Source of the DNA: a virus
DNA length: 41,266 nt
IMG/VR virus record: IMGVR_UViG_3300029746_000018
Reading direction: 5' to 3' (one strand)
Shown here: one piece after another, positions 24,417-31,423 of the stretch
Layout of the letters: every line of letters begins with the position of its first letter
Numbering within the stretch: the first letter of the stretch is position 1
Made by a program: the position numbers and the translations under genes
The notes under the pieces: model-generated
What the model was told of the DNA's origin: nothing
What the model saw: the letters and a program-made list of their open reading frames with translations, nothing else
The model's database searches: none

Positions 24417-24728
24417 ATGAAACATTATTCAAAAGAACAAATTTCAATATTGAAAACTATTGCAGATGGATCCGTAGATTTAAGCGGTCATGAAAACGAT
24501 TTATCCTATATGAAGCAATATCGATTTTTATACCAAGAGGGCTTGATTTCGATTGGATACCATACAAGAATTGTAGGAAAACCATATCTTGCAGAGATAA
24601 CAGCTAAAGGTGAATCGTTTTTATCAGAAAAGCGTAAAGACGACTTTCGATTTTGGTTCCCCACAAGCATATCGGTTATTGCTATCATAGTTTCCATCAT
24701 TTCTCTTACGATCAGCGTAGCGCTATAA
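24417..24728 (+). CDS. tail-anchored membrane protein with wHTH-like N-terminal domain
   Basis: 103 aa with a GAGGTGA RBS and a C-terminal TM helix (ISVIAIIVSIISLTISVAL). It lies antisense within the early leftward transcription unit. Confidence 0.5.
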   Translation: MKHYSKEQISILKTIADGSVDLSGHENDLSYMKQYRFLYQEGLISIGYHTRIVGKPYLAEITAKGESFLSEKRKDDFRFWFPTSISVIAIIVSIISLTISVAL

Positions 24729-24903
24729 TCAGCGCTGTTACTGATATCGCAAGGCTTGACAACGAAAGCGTATATCTGATTATCGCTCTTCGCCGTTCAA
24801 ATGCTTTTTGAGCAGCTTCTTGTTCTTCTTGGGCTGTTTTCAACATGCTTTTCATGGTGTTATTGTTCTCCTTTCTTATCGCAACAGAATCTTCAATAAA
24901 CAT
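24712..24903 (-). CDS. small tail-anchored membrane protein (start uncertain; ATG 24855 has the better RBS)
   Basis: C-terminal TM helix (LSLSSLAISVTALIIAL). Its 3' end overlaps the convergent 103-aa gene by 17 nt. Confidence 0.35.
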   Translation of the reverse strand: MFIEDSVAIRKENNNTMKSMLKTAQEEQEAAQKAFERRRAIIRYTLSLSSLAISVTALIIALR

Positions 24904-25073
24904 ATTCCGAGCACTGTTCCGCTAATCCCTGTAAATACTCCGAGAAAAAAAGCGGGTTTCGCTATTTGCCTTGCGGAAAGTAATATATATTCCTGTGCCA
25001 AAGGATTTTCCCAGAACTGCATGCCAAATTTTATTAAATCTATGGCATGCTCTTCTTTTGTTTTCTTTTCCAT
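24876..25073 (-). CDS. small tail-anchored membrane protein
   Basis: 65 aa with a GAGGTGAGG RBS and a C-terminal TM helix. First gene after the leftward promoter. Confidence 0.5.
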   Translation of the reverse strand: MEKKTKEEHAIDLIKFGMQFWENPLAQEYILLSARQIAKPAFFLGVFTGISGTVLGICLLKILLR

Positions 25074-25117
25074 ACCTCACCTCTGCATTATTTTGCGTAA
25101 AACTTTACGAAAAAGCA

Positions 25118-25146
25118 TTGACAACTTACGTAATTTATTCTATTAT
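25118..25146 (+). promoter_or_regulatory. rightward promoter (candidate lysogeny/CI promoter)
   Basis: TTGACA, a 17-nt spacer, then TATTAT. Confidence 0.55.
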
Positions 25147-25226
25147 TCAAGTAACCACACTAAATAATCAAGAATGTATTGCGTATATCTTTTTTGTTTT
25201 CAGTAAAGTTTTGCGTCTATATCTTT

Positions 25227-25254
25227 ATTATACACAAAATTTTGCGTATGTCAA
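25227..25254 (-). promoter_or_regulatory. leftward promoter (candidate early lytic promoter)
   Basis: On the minus strand: TTGACA (25249..25254), a 16-nt spacer, then TATAAT (25227..25232). Confidence 0.6.
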
Positions 25255-25270
25255 CACTTTATACGCAAAA
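25240..25270. promoter_or_regulatory. operator-like inverted repeat TTTTGCGTAT-N11-ATACGCAAAA
   Basis: Perfect 10-bp arms that overlap the -35 and spacer of the leftward promoter. Further TTGCGT(A/C) half-sites occur at 25093, 25179 and 25211. Confidence 0.55.
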
Positions 25271-25294
25271 GTTTATGTATGATTGGAGAAAAAA

Positions 25295-25645
25295 ATGGAC
25301 GTATATGAAAGATTGAAATTATTATGCAAGGGCAAGGGAACTACGATTCAGCAAATGGAAATAGACAACAATATGACAAAAGGGCATGCATATAAATGGA
25401 AGAAAAGCACTCCGACATATGAAAACTTGTTGAAACTATCGGAATACTTCGGAGTATCTACCGATTACATTCTTACTGGTGTAGATAGCGGTACATCTAA
25501 AGATAGCTATTATGACGATGAGACAGAACAGATCGCAAGAGAACTTCAAAAGAACAAAGAACTGCGGGCAATCTTTGACGTGGCAAAGGGAATGTCTAAA
25601 GAGCGCTTGGACGCTTTTTATAACTTATTGAAAGACTTGAAATGA
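25295..25645 (+). CDS. CI-like XRE-family repressor
   Basis: The track TTG start was replaced by ATG 25295, which sits behind a GGAGA RBS. N-terminal HTH (MDVYERLKLLCKGKGTTIQQMEI..) plus a C-terminal helical domain. Confidence 0.7.
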   Translation: MDVYERLKLLCKGKGTTIQQMEIDNNMTKGHAYKWKKSTPTYENLLKLSEYFGVSTDYILTGVDSGTSKDSYYDDETEQIARELQKNKELRAIFDVAKGMSKERLDAFYNLLKDLK

Positions 25646-25654
25646 GGTGATGTA

Positions 25655-25885
25655 TTGGAGGAAAATGTGAAAATCGTATTTAGACCATTCGACTGCGATT
25701 TTCGCGGTGCTGTTCTTTGCAGGTACGAGGATGGCGAAAATTATTACACTATTGTAATAAACGAGAATCTATCGGAAGATGCTCAAATACGTACAATCAG
25801 ACACGAGATCGCACATATTGCTCATAACGACTTCGACAGCGACATGCCAATCGGAGAGATTGAAGCAATTAGACATTTGATTTAG
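25655..25885 (+). CDS. short ImmA/IrrE-like metalloprotease-motif protein
   Basis: 76 aa, TTG start behind a GAGGTGA RBS. HEXXH motif in IRHEIAHIAHNDF. Lies directly after the repressor gene. Confidence 0.5.
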   Translation: MEENVKIVFRPFDCDFRGAVLCRYEDGENYYTIVINENLSEDAQIRTIRHEIAHIAHNDFDSDMPIGEIEAIRHLI

Positions 25886-25895
25886 GAGGGACACT

Positions 25896-26495
25896 ATGAA
25901 ATGGAAAAAAGCCTTAACGTGGGCTATGACTGTTTTTATATCATTCTCTGTTGGATACATGACAGCATATCCAGAAACAGATGCAACAAGCCAGATTGAT
26001 GATAAAGTTGTTGAATCTGAAGCTATAAAACTAAACCGTCCGAAGATAAAAAACATATCTAGTGATGCTTGGGGAATTACACTAAATTGGAATAGTATAA
26101 AAAACGCGGATCACTACTCAATATATAGGGGGACAGAAAAAGACTCTTGCGTATGGGAACATGATACATACGATGATAGTTATAAAGATACGGATGTAGA
26201 AGTTGGTCAAAGATATTACTATAAGGTTCAAGCAGTCAGTCGTGATGAGAGTTTTGAGAGCAGCAGACTAAGCAAATGGAGATCTGCTAAAATTGAGTGT
26301 GAACCTATACCACAATATAATGTTTGGAACGAAGAAGATAGCTACAGCGACTATGCCGAAGAAACTGTGTATGTAACAAATACTGGTTCTAAGTATCATA
26401 GGTACGGGTGTCAATATTTAAGCCAAAGCTGCATTGCAATAGATCTAAGTGACGCAGAAGCGCAAGGATATACTGCCTGTTCAAGGTGTTGGTAA
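25896..26495 (+). CDS. exported/membrane-anchored FN3-like protein with C-terminal His/Cys zinc-ribbon-like motif
   Basis: N-terminal hydrophobic anchor (ALTWAMTVFISFSVGYM). FN3-like segment (ITLNWNSIKNADHYSIYRG..YYYKVQAV). The C-terminus is GSKYHRYGCQYL..GYTACSRCW. Confidence 0.45.
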   Translation: MKWKKALTWAMTVFISFSVGYMTAYPETDATSQIDDKVVESEAIKLNRPKIKNISSDAWGITLNWNSIKNADHYSIYRGTEKDSCVWEHDTYDDSYKDTDVEVGQRYYYKVQAVSRDESFESSRLSKWRSAKIECEPIPQYNVWNEEDSYSDYAEETVYVTNTGSKYHRYGCQYLSQSCIAIDLSDAEAQGYTACSRCW

Positions 26496-26507
26496 GAGGA
26501 AAATAAC

Positions 26508-28028
26508 ATGGTACTGATGTATTTACGGAAGTCTCGTTCAGATAACCCATACGAGACTGTGGAAGAAGTGCTATCAAGGCATGAGACAATGCTTCAAGAA
26601 TACGCAGAAAAAGCATATGGTTATCGAATTCCGGAAAGTCAAATTTATCGTGAGGTCGTATCCGGAGAAAAGATTCACACACGACCGGAAATGCAGATAC
26701 TATTGAAACGAATTGAATCGTCTGACGTAAAATCTGTGTTGGTCGTTGACCCGCAGCGTCTTTCTAGGGGCGATTTAATGGACTGCGGTCGTTTGATGCA
26801 GGCGTTCAAATACAGCCGCACAACGATCGTTACACCAATGAAAATATTTGACTTATGGGATAAGTTTGACGAAAAGATGTTTCAAGACGAACTGCTACGC
26901 GGGCGTGATTACCTTGAATACGCGAAAGAAGTCATGGCGCGCGGGCGAAAACTGTCTGCATCAGAGGGTTGGTACCTTGGAAGCGTTCCGCCGTTTGGAT
27001 ATGACATTGATTACGTTATGGACGGCAAGCGTCGCAGAAAAACGCTGAAGCCTAACCAAATAGAAGCACCAATAGTTGATAAAATCTTCTCTTGGTTCGT
27101 GGACTTAAAAATGTCCTTGTATGGAATTGCAGCTAAATTAAACAACATGGGAATAAAACCAAGAAAAGCAGAACATTTCTCAACAGATGCAGTCAGACAC
27201 ATTCTTTCGAATCCTATTTATATAGGTAAAATTTCAGTTGGACGACGTCCGATGGTTGAAAAACTGGTTGACGGGAAAGTGGTTGTATCACGTCATAGGA
27301 CTGCCCCACAAAGAATTTTTGATGGAAAACAGCCTGCGATCACCCAAGAAGAAAGATTTTATGCTGCGCAAGAACGCCTCGGAAATCTTCCTAAAACAAA
27401 GATGGGCAAAGGGGTGACAAATCCTTTGGTAGGAATTCTAAAATGCAGCTGCGGTCGTGCTATGATATATCACCCAGGACGCGGTGAGGCAAGATTGATG
27501 TGCGCAAATCGAAGATACTGCGGATCACGTTCTGTTCCGTTTGAGGAAATATACAATGCTATCATAGATGCACTAAAAGAAAATGCAAGAGACTTTCAGA
27601 TTAAAATTGATTCCGGGATTGACATCGCACTACAGAGATACAACGAAGAAGTTTCGGAAATAAAAGGAAATCTTCAAGAACTCGATGTGCAGCAAGAAAG
27701 ATTGTTTTCGTTCCTAGAATCCGGAACGTACGACGAAATGACATTCCGGAAACGTAATTCTATTTTGATGGAAAAACAAGAGAAACTAAAAAAACAGTAT
27801 GAAGAGATATTGGCTAACGAGCCGGAAACAATCGACTACAAAGAGAAAATCGGAACACTGTATCAAGCAATAGACGCAATGAAATCAGAGGAACTAACAG
27901 CAAAACAGAAGAACGATTTTCTAAAAAATATAATAGGCAGTATCGTCTATACTCAATTAGAAATATTAGACAATGGAACAAGGTGGGGGAAGAACCAGTA
28001 CAGACTGGATATTTTTTTGAAAAATTGA
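26508..28028 (+). CDS. large serine recombinase (integrase)
   Basis: 506 aa. Resolvase-type N-terminus (YLRKSRSD..), then a recombinase domain, a Cys-rich zinc-ribbon (CSCGRAM..CANRRYCGS) and a C-terminal coiled coil. Confidence 0.85.
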   Translation: MVLMYLRKSRSDNPYETVEEVLSRHETMLQEYAEKAYGYRIPESQIYREVVSGEKIHTRPEMQILLKRIESSDVKSVLVVDPQRLSRGDLMDCGRLMQAFKYSRTTIVTPMKIFDLWDKFDEKMFQDELLRGRDYLEYAKEVMARGRKLSASEGWYLGSVPPFGYDIDYVMDGKRRRKTLKPNQIEAPIVDKIFSWFVDLKMSLYGIAAKLNNMGIKPRKAEHFSTDAVRHILSNPIYIGKISVGRRPMVEKLVDGKVVVSRHRTAPQRIFDGKQPAITQEERFYAAQERLGNLPKTKMGKGVTNPLVGILKCSCGRAMIYHPGRGEARLMCANRRYCGSRSVPFEEIYNAIIDALKENARDFQIKIDSGIDIALQRYNEEVSEIKGNLQELDVQQERLFSFLESGTYDEMTFRKRNSILMEKQEKLKKQYEEILANEPETIDYKEKIGTLYQAIDAMKSEELTAKQKNDFLKNIIGSIVYTQLEILDNGTRWGKNQYRLDIFLKN

Positions 28029-28030
28029 TT

Positions 28031-28072
28031 ACCATGATATCGGAACATACGAATCTGTTCCATGATGATAGT
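28031..28072. other. candidate attP core (imperfect dyad)
   Basis: The 17-bp arms accatgatatcggaaca and tgttccatgatgatagt match at 12 of 17 positions as an inverted repeat around tacgaatc. The site starts 3 nt after the integrase stop. Confidence 0.3.
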
Positions 28073-28091
28073 TATATATTGACTTCAACAG

Positions 28092-28119
28092 AAAAACCAC
28101 CGGCAAGCGGTGGTTTTTT
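28092..28119. terminator. bidirectional intrinsic terminator
   Basis: AAAAA-CCACCG-GCAAG-CGGTGG-TTTTTT, between the convergent integrase operon and the five-gene cassette. Confidence 0.75.
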
Positions 28120-28188
28120 CTGTGAAGTGTGTGTGTATACTCGTACGAAAGATAGGATTTCTACATTATTATTATACCTCTGATGTTT

Positions 28189-28629
28189 TTATGCGTCAAG
28201 AAAATACTTTGCTACTTTGTATTTCTTTCCATCAACGTCATTGATGAAGTTATCCGACATGCTGTAATAGAATTCTGTGTCTTCAGACATACCCACCATA
28301 GCCGCTGTGTCGTGATAATCGTTGTAGCACATATTCATCACCATGTACCATGAAACGCAATCAAAATCGCTTCTTTTTGCGCTTATAAATGAAACGATTG
28401 TTTCCATCGACCATTTCTCGCCATACGGACGCATGCTTCTGACGATCTCTTTTGCCTTTTCATCGCAAATATGGTATGCCACTGCGCCAATTTCGTCCAT
28501 GATACTTTCATAGCACGCAGGGTCGTATCTTTTCAATCGTTCCATTCCGTTATTGATTGCATGGTGAACCCTATCCCATTTCGGCTCTTCCTTGCGCGAA
28601 ATAAGACTAATCAATTCCATGTATTCCAT
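28189..28629 (-). CDS. cassette gene 5, hypothetical (146 aa)
   Basis: TAATG-coupled to gene 4. Rich in aromatic and Cys residues. No motif recognised. Confidence 0.5.
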   Translation of the reverse strand: MEYMELISLISRKEEPKWDRVHHAINNGMERLKRYDPACYESIMDEIGAVAYHICDEKAKEIVRSMRPYGEKWSMETIVSFISAKRSDFDCVSWYMVMNMCYNDYHDTAAMVGMSEDTEFYYSMSDNFINDVDGKKYKVAKYFLDA

Positions 28630-29021
28630 TACTGAATCCTTTCTACCGTCACGATTGCGTTATTGACTGTGGCTGATGCAGACAGTCTGAACGACAATGC
28701 AGCTTCCGTTCCGATGTTGTTTCTTACAGCCCGCACAATATCCGTAACGTTGAGCGTGATAAGGTCTGTTGCAGCTGCCGATGTCGCCCCTGCTGCCGCA
28801 TCTGGGATAGCAACGCCGTTGTTATACATCTGCAAAGTAATGTTTCCGGCAGCTACACCTGTAATATTAAACATCGCGTCAATATCATACGCGCCGCATT
28901 TGTTTAAGTTGATGCGGTTATTCGTCATTGCTGTGTTGCAATTCGTATTGAAGATGAGATTCAGCGGAATATCCGTTCCGGCTGTTACTGCTGTCGCAGT
29001 TGTGATGTTTGCTTTTAACAT
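28629..29021 (-). CDS. cassette gene 4, BclA-C-terminal-domain-like (C1q/TNF jelly-roll-like) protein
   Basis: TDIPLNLIFN..GAYDIDAMFNITG..ITLQMYNNGVAIPDA..AIVTVERI parallels the BclA C-terminal domain pattern as I recall it. Start set to ATG 29021, 6 nt after an AAGGA RBS. The track start is TTG 29042. Confidence 0.45.
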   Translation of the reverse strand: MLKANITTATAVTAGTDIPLNLIFNTNCNTAMTNNRINLNKCGAYDIDAMFNITGVAAGNITLQMYNNGVAIPDAAAGATSAAATDLITLNVTDIVRAVRNNIGTEAALSFRLSASATVNNAIVTVERIQ

Positions 29022-29042
29022 TTTCATTCCTTTCCAAGACAA

Positions 29043-29061
29043 CGGCGGGGAAACCCCGCCG
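29043..29061 (-). promoter_or_regulatory. GC hairpin between cassette genes 3 and 4 (no U tract)
   Basis: CGGCGGGG-TTT-CCCCGCCG on the minus strand. It could be an attenuator, a processing site or a stability element. Confidence 0.35.
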
Positions 29062-29077
29062 ATTCTTTAACCTATCG

Positions 29078-29671
29078 TTATACTAAAGTCGTCCCTGTCA
29101 TTCCATTGCACCCATAGGCGATCGGTGCCATGTAATAACCATACGGATTCGTTTTCGGAATGCCGCATAATGCAGTCTGAAGCTGAAGCTGATTGATTTG
29201 ATTCTGCATATCTGCCATTCTGTTTCCGGTGATGGCATCTAAGATTTTCTGTGTCTGTTCTGTCGTGTTTGCATTGATTGCCGCGGTATTGATTGCACCA
29301 TTGTAGTTTACGCCGTCAATCGCTCTCTGCGTCTCGCAGCAACACTGCGAAATCTGATTTTGTGTCGTGCCGAAGTTACGAAGCGTTTCGTATCCAAGAT
29401 TGGAAAGTCCGTTCTGAAGACCCATGTAATCAGCCTGCAAGCTGTCATTCAATCTACCGACTGCGTTGTCAAGGTTGTTGAAGTTCATAGCATTGCAAAG
29501 CCCTGCTTCTGTGACCGGAGAACCTTTTGCCCCACCGAAACCAAACCCGCCGCCACCGATGAGCAGAAGAATCAGCAAAGCGAAGATCCACAATCCGGAA
29601 CCGCCGCCACCGAGTACGCTTGTATCCTTGCCGGTAACTGCGCTGATGTCAGCTAAAGAATAATTTTCCAT
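29078..29671 (-). CDS. cassette gene 3, glycine-zipper membrane-anchored Cys/Gln/Asn-rich protein
   Basis: 197 aa with an AAGGAG RBS. The anchor is GGGGSGLWIFALLILLLIGGGGFGFGG. The ectodomain has a CCC triplet and a Q/N-rich helix. Confidence 0.5.
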   Translation of the reverse strand: MENYSLADISAVTGKDTSVLGGGGSGLWIFALLILLLIGGGGFGFGGAKGSPVTEAGLCNAMNFNNLDNAVGRLNDSLQADYMGLQNGLSNLGYETLRNFGTTQNQISQCCCETQRAIDGVNYNGAINTAAINANTTEQTQKILDAITGNRMADMQNQINQLQLQTALCGIPKTNPYGYYMAPIAYGCNGMTGTTLV

Positions 29672-29709
29672 GATAATACTCCTTTTCTTTTATTTATAAA
29701 ATTGCAATT

Positions 29710-29934
29710 TTATCGAAGCATGCCAAGAATCATATCGGGGTTTATGCCCATTTCGTTGCATTTCTGATAAAAAACCTCTTGTGGATTTTTACCGTTTACC
29801 ATATCCATAACCTCTTTGATTCTTGGGTCGTTCATTTGACTAAGCGCGGACATCGGGTCTTTTGCAGTCTGCATGATTTGTTTTATTTGACCGATTGCTG
29901 GTGCGATCTGTGTCATTTGTAGAATAGGATTCAT
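29710..29934 (-). CDS. cassette gene 2, small helical hypothetical protein
   Basis: 74 aa. TAATG-coupled to gene 1. Confidence 0.45.
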   Translation of the reverse strand: MNPILQMTQIAPAIGQIKQIMQTAKDPMSALSQMNDPRIKEVMDMVNGKNPQEVFYQKCNEMGINPDMILGMLR

Positions 29935-30221
29935 TACTCTACCCCCTTATCTGCGAGCGACTTTTTGATTGTTTCGGATAATTCCATGATCTGCGCCTTT
30001 AATTCGTCTAATTCCGCATGATTTACAATATCAGCTTTCGGTTCTTGCACTTCCACAAAATCAAAAGCCTTTACCGTAGAGAATCCGGAAGCGTCGGACG
30101 TTTTCAAATAGAATCTAGGTCTTGTAGAATCCATCAGTATGACTTGTTGGTTCGGGAAAATTCTATAAGCGTTTGCGCTCTCTATTCCATTGACATATTG
30201 AATGCCCTGTGTGTTGAACAT
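29934..30221 (-). CDS. cassette gene 1, hypothetical (95 aa)
   Basis: The track TTG start was replaced by ATG 30221, 6 nt after an AAGGAG RBS. Reads MFNTQGIQYVNGIESANAY... Confidence 0.5.
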   Translation of the reverse strand: MFNTQGIQYVNGIESANAYRIFPNQQVILMDSTRPRFYLKTSDASGFSTVKAFDFVEVQEPKADIVNHAELDELKAQIMELSETIKKSLADKGVE

Positions 30222-30296
30222 GATTTTCTCCTTTTTTCTTTTATTCTGACACGCATACGCCAATGAGACAATTTACGAAAAAGGTACAAAAAAGGC

Positions 30297-30328
30297 ATAA
30301 AAAAAGAAGGGGTCAGAATCGACCCCTT
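30297..30328 (-). terminator. intrinsic terminator ending the late operon
   Basis: On the minus strand: AAGGGGTC-GATTCT-GACCCCTT, then C and TTTTTTT. It overlaps the stop codon of the sigma-like gene. Confidence 0.75.
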
Positions 30329-30527
30329 ACAATACTTTCCCTATTTTCCTGTTTACACGTTGAGAATATTTCCTTGCTGTGTCTGCTGATATGTTGAGTG
30401 CTTCGGCGATTGCTTCTAAGGGAATCCCTCTTGACCGCATCTCAAATACTTCAATCTCTAAATTGACAAAATTGCAATTTTCACGAAAGAAGTCGAGTTC
30501 CGGCTTGGTGAAGCCACATACCCGCAT
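30327..30527 (-). CDS. sigma-70 region-4-only HTH mini-protein
   Basis: 66 aa. LEIEVFEMRSRGIPLEAIAEALNISADTARKYSQRVNRKI has a region 4.2-type HTH layout. Confidence 0.55.
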   Translation of the reverse strand: MRVCGFTKPELDFFRENCNFVNLEIEVFEMRSRGIPLEAIAEALNISADTARKYSQRVNRKIGKVL

Positions 30528-30535
30528 GTTTTCTC

Positions 30536-30859
30536 CTATTCTTTTATCTCTTTCTTTACCTGTTCGTAGACAGCTTCAATAATTTTGTCTAATTCGTCGG
30601 CAGAGACATTGATTCTCAGCTCTTGCAGCTTATTGGAAACAAACTGCAAAACCTCTGCCTTTTTCTTTTCGCCTGTTTCAGACTGCATCCACTGTTTCGC
30701 CCATCTGACTGAAACTTCCGTCCAGTACATGATTGTTTCCTGCTTTTCTTTGCTCATTTCAGCCTTTGCAGTCTTCCATTTTGCCGTCACAAGCGGGACT
30801 AAAACGCCTGTGATAATCAGTGTGCATAAGCTAATAATTACTTCCGTCCAGTTGATCAT
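30536..30859 (-). CDS. LL-H-type holin-family protein
   Basis: 107 aa. A single N-terminal TM helix is followed by W..EVSVRWAKQW..GEKKKAEVLQFV..LDKIIEAVY, as in Holin_LLH proteins. Confidence 0.55.
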   Translation of the reverse strand: MINWTEVIISLCTLIITGVLVPLVTAKWKTAKAEMSKEKQETIMYWTEVSVRWAKQWMQSETGEKKKAEVLQFVSNKLQELRINVSADELDKIIEAVYEQVKKEIKE

Positions 30860-30928
30860 AATGATACTCCTTTTCTCTTTTTGTTTCGGTATGGTTTGCG
30901 GTACACTTTTTCTAACGCCTCTTTTCTG

Positions 30929-31114
30929 CTATTCGTCCTTGCTTTTCAGTTTGATGCCACATAACATTCCGAGTTCGGATACCCATGCGCCAAACCATGC
31001 AACGGTCAGCGCATCCGGCACCGTCTTGTCTTTATAAGACAGCACCAAAACAACGACGGTGTACCAAATGATATTGACCATCGCAGCTATAACAAACTTA
31101 GTTCTTTTCTTCAT
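30929..31114 (-). CDS. two-TM holin-like protein
   Basis: 61 aa with two hydrophobic helices and a charged C-terminus. Lies in the lysis cassette. Confidence 0.45.
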   Translation of the reverse strand: MKKRTKFVIAAMVNIIWYTVVVLVLSYKDKTVPDALTVAWFGAWVSELGMLCGIKLKSKDE

Positions 31115-31421
31115 GGCTCACTCCGTTCTTTAACTCCATGTGATAGATACGTTTTTCATGGTTTTCAATTTTTCTATCCTGTTCATCGTTGTGATCCCAT
31201 AAGCGCTTACGGGACAGACTGGCATGCTCTGTCTCTTCCTTGAGGTCGTCCTTGATCTTCTGCATATCGTCTTTCAGTCCCTTTACTGATTCGTTTAATG
31301 ATGTGATGCTTTTTGTCAATTCCGTCACGCCACTTATTAACGGGCGCGCCAACGCCCAAAAAAACCCGAACAAACTGCCCAATGCGACAACCAACATGCC
31401 AAGAAAATGTGCTGTATCCAT
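31098..31421 (-). CDS. membrane-anchored coiled-coil protein of the lysis cassette
   Basis: 107 aa with an N-terminal TM helix followed by a Lys/Asp/Glu coiled coil. Lies directly after the endolysin gene. Confidence 0.4.
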   Translation of the reverse strand: MDTAHFLGMLVVALGSLFGFFWALARPLISGVTELTKSITSLNESVKGLKDDMQKIKDDLKEETEHASLSRKRLWDHNDEQDRKIENHEKRIYHMELKNGVSHEEKN

Positions 31422-31423
31422 AA

